The notes under the pieces are model-generated. The model worked only from the letters and a program-made list of their open reading frames with translations. It ran no database searches and was not told where the DNA came from. Made by a program: the position numbers and the translations under genes. From Paramoeba atlantica (taxonomy: Eukaryota > Protista > Discosea), in NCBI GenBank assembly GCA_977017575.1, contig CDRNVI010000054.1, positions 496,001-560,000 on the forward strand: a DNA stretch of 64,000 bases. Reading direction: 5' to 3'. The first letter of the stretch is position 1; the number at the start of each line of letters is the position of its first letter. Below, one piece after another: positions 23,800 through 36,164 of the stretch.

Positions 23800-24960
23800 A
23801 TAGCGTTTTACTCGAGCTCGGGAAATCGAATGACCCTGCCCGATAGGCCCTTTGCAGGGCTTTCCACTTGGTCACTTTCAGCGCTTGCTTCGAGGGAAGT
23901 GGAAGCTTTCATGCGTTTTTGGCGCCATGCTGCGCAAGCGCGAGACCGTTGTCCCGTGATCGAGCGCCACAAGCTCTCGACAAAGTCTCCCACTTCGCCT
24001 TTTCGTCGCGGAGCATATAATGGTTGCTCCTCAAGGTAGCTTTCCATGTCTTGGGCAACCTCACCCAGAAAGTACAGTTCACGTGGACGCACATCGAGTA
24101 GGAGATGTCCTCGATGCTGTACCAGGAGAAGAACTGTGCGACGAAGGAAAGAGAAGCCAACAGGAACATTACCAATGCTCCTCTTTCCCACAGAAAAAGA
24201 TTCCAGGGCCAAGTTTTTCTTATTGTACTCTTAAGATGGTACGAAACAATGATTGGAACCTATATACCCAAGATCTCCAAGAAACATTTCGTCTTTGTGA
24301 TGATCGAAAAGTGGAGTCCTGTGGGTTGTAGTAGTACTGTAAACTATCGCATCATGGATACTTCCATTCACAGGTCCTCGAAAAAAGAAAAGAACTCCGG
24401 CCAACACCATCCAAAATTCTACTTTAAAACAATGCTCATGATGCTTTCCAGAGTAAGTTGCGTCTTTTTGCACGTACTCACCACGCGTGCTGTCCCAAAC
24501 AGTTTGCTTCTTGCGCGCTCGGCAAGGAATGGTAGTGATATCTACGATACATGTCACATCCGAAAGCCACGGAACACCATGCTGAAAAAATTTTGGGTTC
24601 ATCAGGCGCGGGGAGGAAAGTAACTTTGCTGTGCGCGAGAAATCTTCACGCAAGGTGCGGATAGAAACTGGCGGATCATTCGGGCTCGTTCAAAGCCCCT
24701 GGAGGTCATGTAATTGTTCCCATGTGCAGTTTAAAGCGCACATACATAAGGAAAATTTTAGACGCCGCATGTCTTTTCCCCTATAATGGCGCCGTGAATC
24801 CGGTGTAGCTCGGAATACACTTGATTAACCTGTTCATGGCTTATTCCGTACATTAAAAGGCCCAAGAAAGGTACATGTATATTGATACGAAGAGTTTCAC
24901 AAATAAGCCAAATATTATTGTGGTTATAAACTTTGCACATGATATGCAATCATACACGTT
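23800..24960 (-). mobile_element. PIF/Harbinger- or ISL2EU-like DDE transposase relic
   Basis: CIVDITTIP..YSGKHHEHCFKV..GPVNGSIHDA..FLGDLGY (24231-24653); downstream frames are broken. Confidence 0.72.
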
Positions 24961-25030
24961 ACCACAGAGCATAAAGGAACATAACAGACATTATTCAGTG
25001 CATGTTACGAGTATGTAGTGTTATGAGCTA

Positions 25031-26052
25031 AGAGTATACGCCACGTGCCAAGAAAAAATCAGGGGTTTAGCAGAACAGGGCATACATACTGTCCCCCCCG
25101 TACTTAAGAGTCCGCCGATTTTGGGCATTTGGACTCTTAAGTGGAGGGGGCACAATTTTTCGGACTCTTAAGTGGGGGTCAGCATTTTTTCATAAAATTT
25201 CAATATGTCCGGTTCCTTTTTTGTCTGTTTGTTTTCTCTATTTGTTTTCTCTATTTTTGTTTAATGAAGGTCGGCGTCTGTACCCGACGTGCTACTGAGG
25301 CATGTTCAAAAAAACTGTCATAAATATTCAGAATATGACCCTTGATATGCAGGAGAATATAATGATACTCGTAATGCAATACCGCGCACACTTGAGATAG
25401 AAGAGAACGAGGTTGGCTCCCGGAATGGGGTAACGGAAGGTTACCGTCATTAGGTGGGGAGATAGATTAAGGGGGTTGGTCTCGTGTGAGGAGGGTGATC
25501 GGAGAGGAGAAGAACTTCGATCAGTTCGCGAGAGAGTTGAAGGGGGTTGAGGAGGACGGTTATGTCCCATGCCTGCCCGTAGTCTGCTCCTTCCTCGGAG
25601 TACCATCAAGTATAAATAGCTTGGAAATATTAAAAACGCAATGGGCAGACAAAAAAAATCAAAAAAAATAGAAAAAAAATCAAAAAAGAAAAATCATCTG
25701 GCGCCGCAGGCATCCCGAGGCTCCGTCAAAAAGGAATCTTAAGTAGGGGGGGTACCCCGCGGACTCTTGAGCAGGGGGGGACAGTAATAAAAGTGGGGGG
25801 AATGACGCAGATGACGTAAATCAGCTTTGTGATGTACTCCGGATGGATATATTTCCCCAGTGCCAAGTCATTCTTCGTGAAAGACATGACACGCAAATAC
25901 GGTTTCAGATTGAAGGCGAGTTCTTGCTATCGCGCGCATTTCGTAGATTACAAGCTCTGTGTCGCAAGCATGAGTTTGAGGTACAGGTATACAGTCTGAA
26001 CAGGTGCAATCTGGAAATCGTTTTTCTGCATCTTTCACGTCACGAAGCGTAG
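25031..26052 (+). pseudogene. Duplicated 3' end of the ABCA gene, interrupted by a MITE
   Basis: Matches ~19915-20239 (MDIFPQCQVILRERHDTQ..LHLS.HEA), plus flank leading into an LRR-A copy. Confidence 0.9.
25089..25784. mobile_element. 696-bp non-autonomous TIR element with TA target duplication
   Basis: CA-TA|CTGTCCCCCC...GGGGGGACAG|TA-ATAAAAG. The empty site CATAATAAAAG is present in the intact ABCA gene near 19970. Confidence 0.9.
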
Positions 26053-26207
26053 GCTAAGGATCGGTGTAGAGCAAACATTTTGCACAACAATAAAGGCAAT
26101 ATGCGAATGTAGCAAAAAAATCTTACAAAATTTTGGATTCAACATTTTGCACTCACATTATTAATTTTCTCTATACAGAACAATATTTTTTCTTACACAC
26201 CTACGTA

Positions 26208-26400
26208 ATGTTTGTGCCAACGCGGACACGACATCGCTACGTCTGGGACGTGTGAATGCACATCTTCCAGCTGAAAATCTGTTGCTTCAATTTCTTGAAA
26301 ACGTTTATATGCCATCTAGTAGAATTTTTAAAAAACACTGACTCCAGCATGAGTGGTTTGAAGTACATTGCAATGAAGAAATGTTGATAGGATCGATTGG
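26208..26400 (+). pseudogene. Truncated, frameshifted LRR-A copy
   Basis: Aligns with the start of 20399 up to RIDW, with small deletions; then unrelated sequence. Confidence 0.8.
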
Positions 26401-26744
26401 ATAGCTGGATAATTCAGTGTCGTAAATCTATTTATATACGCGTTGTATACACAAGGGTACAAATCGGTCTTCAAATATTGCGCACAACTGTGACCTGCCG
26501 ACGCACCAAGCGCATCTACAGTGCTTGAATTCGGAACAATTGGTGCTACACCATGCACAGGTGCACTCACCATTGCACTAAACCGCGTCACACCAGGAAC
26601 ATCTGTAATATCCTGCAACTTAGCTGTACCAATACTTCCGTGCCAGTACAACTCCAACTGCTCAGGTTTGTTTGTTCATACTATTGCATAATAGCAGAGA
26701 GTTTTCAGGGTAAGGCCCGCATACAACGGGATAACCCTTTTTAT

Positions 26745-29729
26745 TTAGCAAGCAGAGCGGTTTTCCTCGTCCGTCCATTCAGCTTCGTTCCTCCGAGCCC
26801 AGATAATATAGCTGGCCCGACCAGCCATTAAACTCATGCTTTCTCTGCATGATCTGGCTCGTTTTCGTTCCCCTTGGAACACGGCGTCAAGATAGCGACA
26901 GGATCCGCTAGGAAGTCCCCGTGCGCCGATCTCGAACGCTAGGGCGTAGCAGTTCGGGTTCTCGATTCTGCGCTCGTGGAGAAGTAAGTTATACTTCTCT
27001 GACTTCCGCCGGTGTGCGTTTTCACAGTTCTCCTCCCACGGAACAGTTAGCTCAATGATGAACTCGGTCCCGTTCCGTAGTTTGATCCAGCCATCCGGGC
27101 GCAGTAAACTGTCGCTACTGGTGTACCACGGGGGTGGGTTCCGTTCACCCGTGAGGTCAAAGTGGCAAGCTTCGGTGGTAGGGGATTGGCGTACGTGTCG
27201 TGCGAACTCGCGGAGAACCATGTCGTGTCTTAGTGTGTACCTCCCTTTTTGTAAGGATGTGTTGCATGATGAAAGGACGTGTCTTGTTGTTTGTGGTTTG
27301 TCTCGGCATATGGGACATTTTGTATCAGAGTGATAGTTGCGACCCCATTGTGCAAGGGATACTCGGGAGGGCAGGGGGGTTAGAGTCATGACGAAGGACA
27401 TGAATCGCGAGAGTTTCTCGTTTCGGATCCCATGGATGGCAGATACAAATTCTTGTGCCATTTCTGGGTCTGACGGAAACTGCCACCAGAGGGCAGCAAC
27501 AGGAGCACGTTGTCGTAGACGTGTAATCATTTGTTCTTCGTGGGCATCACGGAGTATTTGTCGTGCGCGCTGTGGGTCGTTAAGATGATCGGTTATTTGT
27601 GCACCTGGGCGGATTTGACCTTTCGCACGCTTCCTTTGCTCTTCCTGGATGCGGAAGCGCAATGCCTTGAGCACGTTCGGGTCTCGTGATTGATGCATTT
27701 GGGTAAGTGACGTTCCGGTGCACTCGTACCAGAGTTGTGTCAGACTTTTGAGATTCCAGCCGCCGCAGGAGTATAGTACTTCTGTGCTACCGGCACGAGC
27801 CATGTTAATCCATCGTCGAATGTGTGCTGTGACTCGCTTCTGAAGCCGCAGAACTGAGCTGAAAGAGATGCAGGGGTGGATGGTAAACTGAAACCGAAGT
27901 CGGGAAATTATAGCGTGTGTGTAGATCCACAGCTTAGCCGGGAGATTATGGGCGCTGGCACTCGTGTTTTCAAGCCATCCTTTCAGCTTTGAGTTTAATT
28001 TATTGAAAAGTTCGTTTAGCTGCTGAGATCCAGGGGCGAGGGTCATACCAAGAAATGAGCTTCCGGCGTCGCAAATATGTGGAATTTTTTCTCCGTATGT
28101 GGTTACTGCAGGTCTTCTCGTCATGTACCCCGGGTGCTCTTCGCCTTTCCGCGTGCTCATACATTGGACTCGACTTTTTGTGACGTTGATTTTTAATCCG
28201 ATTTTGGAGAGCACCGTGGTTAGTGCGTTCAGCGAAGTTTGCATGTCACGGTCACTTTCGGTCAGAATGGTTAAATCATCGGCATACGCTTTCAAGAAGT
28301 TGTTATCGCCGTTGGGAAGGCGCATGCCAAAGGTTGGACACGAGAACCGAACGTATCGTAATACGATTTCCATGACTACTAAGAATATAGTGGAGGAGAG
28401 TGTATCGCCTTGTAAGACTCCCTTCTTTACATGTATGGGACGCGTTAGACCTTCGTAACATTTAACTCGTATGTGTGCATCAGTGAGGCTGTCTTTGATG
28501 TAGTCGACAACGTTGCAGGGTATGCCTGCCCAAGCTAGGGAAGCTAGTATAATGTTATGCGGGATCGAACCAAAGGCGTTAGTGAGGTCCAATTGGGCAA
28601 GACAGTACTGTCGTTTATGTCGCTGGTAGTGCTGGAGGAGGGTGCATAGAGTTTGGGTGTGCTCCAATATCCCATTGATTTCGGAAAGAAACCCTTTCTG
28701 TATTTCCGGGTCAATCACATTGTGTCCAATAAGATGTTGGGTCAGGCGATGCGATATGATTGTGTGGAACGCTTTACCAAGGGCGCTCGTCAGTGAAATG
28801 GGGCGCCAATTTTTGGGGTTTTCCGGTGCTCCGCTCTTATGTATCAGCTTAGTGATTGCAGTTTTCCATGATGGAGGGCAGGTCGAGAAAGTCATCAGAT
28901 TATTGAATACCTTAGCAAATTGATCATGCATGGATGGACATTTTTTAAGAATCAGATTGGTGATCGTGTCTGCACCGGGTGAGCTGGAGTTCCGTTTCAT
29001 ATTGATGGCTGCTGTGACATCGTCTCGCGTGATTGGGTCCCAATGCATGGGTTGGGCGGCTCCTGGTCCGAGTACATCTGGAGGAGGCAGTTGGAAGAGT
29101 TGTTCACTGGGTTTAAAGCTTGACTCGTAGTATGTCTCTATGGTGTTCCGGTCACAGGTCGGGTAAGTTGCATTCTGTACTTCATTAGCGTCAGGTTTGT
29201 CGATCGTTTCTGAAGCTGCTGTCCACGGATTTCTGGAAAATCTCTCGGAGGCCCAGTGCTGATCGAATTCTTCTCTTTGTTTCGTCGCTTCTTCCTCACG
29301 TATCCTGACTAGCTTTCGACATTCTTTGATTTGTGCTCGTAATTCGTCTCGTTCCGTCCTACTTCTCGTATAGCGTAGCGAAGTTTTCAAGGTTGTGAGA
29401 TGGTGTTTCAGTTCTTGTGCGACTCTCTCCGTGGCGAGTGGTCGATACCTTCGTCGGGCGTGTCCGGTGCTAGCTCTGATGAGGAAGCCCCTTGTCGGAT
29501 TCGCTTCCGTCGCTATTTCGCAAGCAGATACGGCTAGGGCGGCGCTAAGAAGTTCCGCGTTACGTATAGCTGTCTTCCTGTCCGTTGTATCGCTTAGAAG
29601 TTCGTTGCAACGTGCACTTGCTCTCGCTTCAACCTGTCGCCATTGCTCTTCGCTGAGTCGTATGGTAACCTTCCCGCCAAGTATTGCATTGTGCTTTTGC
29701 AGGAGTTCTACTGCTTTTTGCATACGCAA
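26745..29729 (-). mobile_element. HERO-type RT+RLE non-LTR retrotransposon, family B; open 994-aa ORF, probably 5'-truncated
   Basis: WRPISL, QLDLTNAFGS, GVLQGDTLS, AYADD; CPIC..H..C; RYTLRHD; LRPDG..IIELTVPWEE..HRRKSEKY; FEIGARG. Confidence 0.92.
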
Positions 29730-30608
29730 AAACAGTTTGTGGCAGCTGTCTCAACTACAACATACAGGGCAATACTTATGGTTATAAATTATACATACAT
29801 TATATATACATACATAGATGTATTATACATACATTGCGGTGGTTGTAAAACTACCGCTCTACACTCGATTATTGAAAAAAAAGTGAACAAAAACAGTGAA
29901 AATATAAAGGGGAACACAGTAATATAATAGAAGAAAAAAATATAAAAGGGGGCTCCGGTGGTCCAAAACTGAGAAAAAAATTTGAAAAAAATGGGGGGTC
30001 CATGGGGGGGGTCCAGGGGGGGGGGGCATGGTCGAGCAATTTTTTTCGAAAACATTAATTTTCGAAAAAAAACCGCAGAAAGGGTAGCCGGGGTCTTGGC
30101 GCGCATTTTCCACCCCCCTACCCGGGGGTGACCCCCCCGCGTATCCGCAGGACGGCTCCGCCAAGTTCGGATTTTTTCGGAAAAAAAATTTTGAAAAAAA
30201 TTTCAACTTGGCGAAAAAAATGACAAAAAAAATATTTTTCCAAAATCGTTTCCCCTATTGTATTTTGATAGTTTGGGACCTACACTAGCTTTCTACGCAG
30301 TTGTTTTCGCAAGGTATCACTTCTTCGAACTGTGGTGCGCCCCCCAAAATGACCCATTTTTGACTAAAAAAGGTGAAAAAGTATTTTCGGACCTAAAGGG
30401 GCATTTTTGTGTCGAAAGAATGGTATGGTTGGAGTCGCATTCTCTACCCAATACGTTCGGTAGGCTTTCATTCATGCCTACGAGTGATTTCCCACGCGCA
30501 AATGTCGGATTTAGTGCTCTGAGAGCAAAAATACGCAAAAATCACCCCATTTTTACCCGAAAATCCGCTATTTTTCCGTTTTCTTCAGCTTTCCAGGCCA
30601 ATTTTTCT

Positions 30609-30715
30609 TTTTTAGTCTCTTCGTTAAACGCGGTGGTAGTTTTCAACGCGAAGCGCGCAGCATGAGTGACTTCTAAGTTGAAAGCAACCACCGCGTTTAA
30701 CGAAGAGCCTAAAAA
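30609..30715. repeat. Fold-back inverted repeat, ~39-bp arms
   Basis: TTTTTAGTCTCTTCGTTAAACGCGGTGGT..TTTCAAC / GTTGAAAGCAACCACCGCGTTTAACGAAGAGCCTAAAAA. Confidence 0.85.
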
Positions 30716-30800
30716 AGTTTTATATACTTATGGTTTTAATATGTATTACATAGTATGTATTACATACTATGTATTACATACTATGTAATTTGGTATTATG

Positions 30801-32345
30801 CCGTTACCCCCCCCTACACTTATCCCCTACTTTTTGTGTCCAAAGCCATAGTTTGAGGATAAGTAAGGGGTAGGATAAGTAAGGGGGGTGGGATAAGTAA
30901 CGTCCATTTTTTCTGATGAATTAATAGGAATTATTACAACAGCATAGGAATTACAACAGCATAGTATTATAACAGTGCACCAGTACAATGCCTGAGTTTT
31001 GAACGAGCATTTTGAGACCCAACTGAAAGGTTCAAAGGAGAGATCTTGGATACTACATCCGCTTCCTGTTCGGTATCCTTCATGTACTTCACAATTACGG
31101 TAGAACGGCGAAGCTCTGTGCGAGAACCCAGTGGAAGTTCATCAAGACGTTTTTCCAGCGCGGGCAATAAAACTTCTTTGAAAGCATGTTCGTACCGTCC
31201 GGTTCCGGTTTTGCGTAGCGCCCTGGTAACACATTTAGTAATTAAGCTTCTGTTTGGACTTACTATATTGTGATGCATTGATGCCCGCCGATCAGCAAAT
31301 CGGGCTTTCAATATTTTCTTGAACGTTCGGTTCACTGCCATGTCTATAAGTTGAGCTTTAGGGGTGCAACCGCTCGGAACAGACTGGACATCAATTTCTC
31401 GTCCTTGGAAGAATGTCAATAACTCGGTTGTGCGATGCGCGGCATAAAGGTCTAGTATGAAAAGAGTTTTCTGCGGAGGATATTTTGTCTTATCGAAGAA
31501 TTCTGCTTGGGTCCATTGCATAAAAGGTTCTCCCGTGGTCCATCCGTTCGGAGTCGTAATTGCCAAGCATCCGTATTTTGATGCGGCTCGTTGTACTTCT
31601 GAAGCATCTTTACCTGAGTCTGACCTGGATTCCCATATTAAATGCGGTGGAAATATCGTATGCTCCCAAGTTTCATTTCCATTCACCCTTTTCGCAAATG
31701 ATCGGCACCAGAACCAAGCAGTAAGCGCTTTCTTTTACTTTCCTGTTGAACGAATTTTTACTCGCATTGTACCTTTAATTTCATACGTCGTGTCGCCCAA
31801 AGGCTCCCACAATGCGTCTCATCTCTCGTAACAATAACGGAATATCCTCCTCGGTCGCTGTTGCGAAGACTAGTCATGTTTAAAAAAGCGCCTAAGCGCT
31901 CTTGGAAACATTTGCATCGCCCCATTAACTCTCCGACGACAAATATTTGCGAACGTGCAAGATCTAGTCCAAACCCTTTCCTTCCGCTTTCGCTGAGGGA
32001 CTCAAAATGATCATAAATGCCACGGAAGTACTGAAACATCATCGATTTTGTAACTGGTCCAAGGGCCTCTCGGAGAAGAAGTAGATGTGACAACTTTTGC
32101 ATACAACTCCTTGTTGCATCTAGGAGGATTCCTTCATTAGGAAGTGGAGAGGACAACATGACCTGACTAGAGTTCAAACGTGACCAGGAAGGGCTCATAA
32201 AAAAGAGTAACAGGGAAAAGGTTCAAAATTTTATTTCAAAATTTTCGAAACAAAATAGATTCTGATGTCTACCCCCTACCACCCCCTTACTTATCCTCAG
32301 CGCTTCAGAATAAGTAAGGGGGTAGGATAAGTAAGGGGAGGTAAT
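30801..32345 (-). mobile_element. pogo/Tigger-type (DDE_1, CENP-B-like) DNA transposon, frameshifted
   Basis: NGWTTGEPF..W..LFILDLYAAHRT..VPSGCTPKAQLIDMAVNRTFK (30967-31686); HTH-like GPVTKSMM upstream; imperfect TIRs TTACCCCCCCCTAC..TTATCC at 30801-30830 and 32322-32345. Confidence 0.82.
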
Positions 32346-32356
32346 ATTTATTAGTA

Positions 32357-32900
32357 CTGTCCCCCCCTACTTATGCGCAACCGTTTTACCCGGCCACTTA
32401 AGCGCAATTTTGACGCATCGTTCAGAATAACAGCGCCGCAAAGCGGCGCGATTCTTTTTTTTGGTACGCATTTTTGTACAGATTTTCGTCGCTGTTGAAA
32501 TGGAGAGTCTGCAGGTCCCTTTGGGGCGTTCCACAATTATCTTTATCGATCTTTAGAGATCTCCTGTGATCCACACTGACCTCCACCGATCTGTACGGCG
32601 AGTCTGCATACTGTACTGTACTGTACATCAGTCTAAGTCTGTTTTCCAGGGCTTCTTTGCTGTCTTTATCGCAGGTACCTTGACGACCCTGATAAAAACT
32701 TCTAACTTTACGCGGAATACATCCGAAACTTTGGCTTTTGGAATCGCCGCGGTTCCAACCCATTCATGTACCTCAGACACTATCGCGCCACATAAATCAT
32801 TCTTATACATGCAACGACCCGTGTCAGAAGAATGGGACATCGCTTTTGATACAGACTTTGGAGGACTCAGACATGGTCGCTGAGCTTCACTGATGTTTCA
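32357..32900 (-). mobile_element. Second degraded pogo-like element
   Basis: Starts TA|CTGTCCCCCCC, the same TIR type as 25089; weak DDE_1-like remnants (IDKDNCGTPQRDLQTLH..YKNAY). Confidence 0.4.
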
Positions 32901-33848
32901 ACCGACGTTATCGCTGGTCACATGAAAGACTTCCTAAAGAAAAATATGGAGGGGTTTATGAGGATACGAAGAAAGATCGCGAAGTTTTGGCCCATTGGTT
33001 TAAGACCATGTGGCGAGGGTTGCGTGGCAGCAATGCCCAAGATGGTAAAGTTTACCGGGATCGGAATAAAAAATTGAAGGAGAAAGTGGAAGAAAGTGGC
33101 GCACTGAAAGTATCGCATCCGATTTTCGAAAGTTGCGAGTTGAAATAGAAGAAATGCGTAATGAAATTTCGATCCTGCGCAAAAAGGTGCTATGTCTTGA
33201 AATTCAAAATTTGAATTCGTCTGTAAAGCAGACGAACTGTGTCGAAACTGAAGCAGTTTCCAAGAAGCGAAAGCCATATGATTTAGCTGGCCTCTAATGT
33301 AGATCTTAAAGAGAAAGTTTATAAAGTTCTTATGTTTTATTAAAAGTGAAAAGGAAGCCTTATAAAGCGTCTTATAAAACGCGTTGTACGCTAGCTGGGG
33401 TAGTGGTTTGGGGAGAGATAAAAACATCGAAAAAAGAATATTTATTTTGTTCAATCATTACTTTACGCGTCATGATACCATCACTGCCTGAGGCATGCCT
33501 CCCTCTCACCGGATATACCTACGAAGTAGTACAACGACTTTCTGAACATCTTCATTGTGAGTTTCTTCTTCTTTTATGTGCACTGACCGTAGCGCACCTT
33601 AATCTGGCCCACGCACAAGCTTCTGTCGTGCTCGTACCCTAACTTCCCGATAAGTTTTCGCTTACATGGGTGTGGAGAACTTACGTCGTTCCATCGCTTC
33701 AGGCATCAAATCGTGCTGGAAATCAGGCGGCTGTGGAGAGACGCTATACCGTGCGAGAGTCGCAGTTCGTTCCATATAAGACAGAATCTTAGCAGAAAGA
33801 GAAATCGTAAGGAATTACTTGATTTTAAGCGTACTTCTAATATGGATA

Positions 33849-34110
33849 CCGTATACCCCCCCAGTAAGGTACTCCCCAGTAAGAGAGATTTGGCCCTTTT
33901 TGGGCTGACCCCCAGTAAGAGAGATTTGGTTCGGAAGCCCCGCAGGAGGTGTATAGGGGGTCGGGGGGGTGTCTGTATGTTGGGGGCCTCGGGGGTAACC
34001 CAAAGAAGCGTTTTAACACGTTTTCAGAAGAAAAAATGGCCAAAAAAAATGGGAGAAAAGAGGAAACTGGCCAAAAAGGCATACCCACCCCCTCCAGTAA
34101 GAGAGATTTT
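33849..34110. mobile_element. CCGTATACCCCCCAGTAAG-TIR MITE, left end and body
   Basis: TA|CCGTATACCCCCCCAGTAAG; body is the reverse complement of ~47030-47190. Confidence 0.7.
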
Positions 34111-34289
34111 CCCCGCCTAAAATTTTCCAAGTGTATTCCTCACCAGTACCCAATAGGGCGCCACAAAATTTGCCTGAATTTGCTTTACTCAGTTTCAGCC
34201 CTCTTACCGTGGTTTCTATTTCCTTGTTTTCTTCAAGAATTGATTCAAAATACGTTTGAATCACTTTTCACATCATTTTCAGTTTGAGT

Positions 34290-35082
34290 TTCATTTTCCT
34301 GTTACTAAAACTAATGGACGGAGACGTACCTCCAGATGACTCTATGTACACGGAAGACATTTTCATCTCCGGTGACTCTGAAGCGTACGATCGTCTGCGC
34401 TTGTGCATCAGACGTTCATTGAAGGAGACTATGCACAAGCCTTTGACTCGTGTTGAAAAGGGGTATGATTTTATGACTTTGTCTGGAGCAGAACGAAATG
34501 CGAGGAAAATCGCTCCTGATCGTTTACCGGACGCTGGTCTTCTCGAGCGCATGGAAGAAAGCGTCATTAATTTGTGTCAACTGGATTAACAATCGAAGGA
34601 AGCAGTTAAAGGATTCTCCGTGCGGTAAAGTGGTAGAGCTCTTGTGCAACGTTCCGATCGTTGCAGGTCACGAGATTGACCAACCAAATAGCTATCAATT
34701 TTTCTCCTGGCGGACAGGCCCGACGTACAACCGACACAGGCGAGAGCATGTACAGGGGAGGCCCGGAATAAACCATTCGAACCGGCAGGAGAGCAAGTTT
34801 TTAAAATTCTCCTCGACTTTGGCCCCGAGCGCTTTCTCCAAGAAGGTGGCGAGGGCCCACGCTTCGGATAAAAAGGGGTGCCTTTCGCATACATGTATGT
34901 TGGTGGCAATAGGGATGGCCATCCAGAAGGGCAATTCCCAGATCATTCAGGCGGCGGTACAAGATTGGTGCCGTCGGGTGTCAAGGGGTAGGCTTCCAGT
35001 GGCCCTAGGGGAGTGTACACTTAATAAAGTAAAGGTCTTAATAAAGGCAAAGATCTTAATAAAGGTAAAGGTCTTATTAAAA
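34290..35082 (+). mobile_element. Heavily deleted CRE-like retrotransposon with a tandem-repeat tail
   Basis: YTEDIFISG (degenerate RT motif) and AIGMAIQKGNSQII (CRE C-terminus; compare VAVKKGNAAIL in 43525-44499); tail of TTAATAAAGGTAAAGGTC-like repeats. Confidence 0.6.
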
Positions 35083-35176
35083 GTTGTCATTCAATACAAT
35101 TTGTTTCGGTCGTTACATTCAGATTATTGTTCCTTTTTACAAAAAACGTTATTCCTTTTCCTTGCACGCCTACGTA

Positions 35177-35836
35177 ATGTTTATGCGAAACTCGGATACG
35201 ACACCGCCACGTCTGGGACGTGTGAATGCACATCTTCCACCTGAAAATATGTTGCTTCGATTTCTTGAAAAAGTTGATATGCCCTCGAGCAACCTTTATA
35301 AAACCACATCGATTCCAGCATGTGAGTGGTACGGAGTACGTTGCAATGATGCACAAAATGTTGAAAGGATCGATTGGCATGATATGAACTCGGCATGCAA
35401 AGCGTACCCTGACGTTTTCTGGGGAGGTAATCTACGAGGTACGCTACGTTGGGAACATTTGCCCGTAACCGTACTTTGGTTGGAACTTTATTCAAACGAT
35501 CTCAGGGGCGAAGTCAGGTTAGACGCATTACCCAGGGATCTGCAGCGCCTTAACCTATCATGGAATTCGTTTTCAGGAACCTTGGATTTCACAGACATGC
35601 CCAAAACACTGACTCATCTGAACTTTTCAAGGAATTACTTTCAACTGGCTTTACACTTTGAGCATCTTCCGCGCGGGATCCACGAGCTCTTCTTAAATGA
35701 TAATGTAAACCTACAGGGAAAATATAATGCGGATAAGCTGCCAACAGGCGTTATAATAGGCACGGGTACATTTTTTATTAGGGACACAAAAATCAAATCT
35801 GTCACAGAACGGCGTGGGAGTTGTCTTATTATGTAA
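35177..35836 (+). CDS. LRR protein, type A copy 2, C-terminal CLIM
   Basis: ATG 35177; paralog of 20399; ends RRGSCLIM. Confidence 0.87.
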   Translation: MFMRNSDTTPPRLGRVNAHLPPENMLLRFLEKVDMPSSNLYKTTSIPACEWYGVRCNDAQNVERIDWHDMNSACKAYPDVFWGGNLRGTLRWEHLPVTVLWLELYSNDLRGEVRLDALPRDLQRLNLSWNSFSGTLDFTDMPKTLTHLNFSRNYFQLALHFEHLPRGIHELFLNDNVNLQGKYNADKLPTGVIIGTGTFFIRDTKIKSVTERRGSCLIM

Positions 35837-36164
35837 CATAATGATTTATGCATGTACATGTATATGGACTATACACTATACTACTGTAGCAGTTGTATAG
35901 ATCTGTACAAGGTATACCACCATTGGTGGTGTATACCACCATTATATTGGCATAATTCTAGCAAGAAAAAGTTATAACAAACTGTGGTTCTGATAGTTGA
36001 AGGACATGAAATTAAATTTAAAGCGACATAAATCTGGCAGCGAACCCTTTTAAAACCTGAAGTTCTGTTGCATTCACAATATTATTCCTGTTCATGGACA
36101 ATTTTCTTAATTTGTTTCGAGAATTGTTTTTTCGAGTAGTCTTATCTTGTTTCTTACATACCTA

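Noticed and set aside
32940-33300. Coiled-coil-like + strand fragment (KLRVEIEEMRNEISILRKK)
   Set aside because: Frameshifted, no start codon or recognisable family; cannot be supported as a gene.
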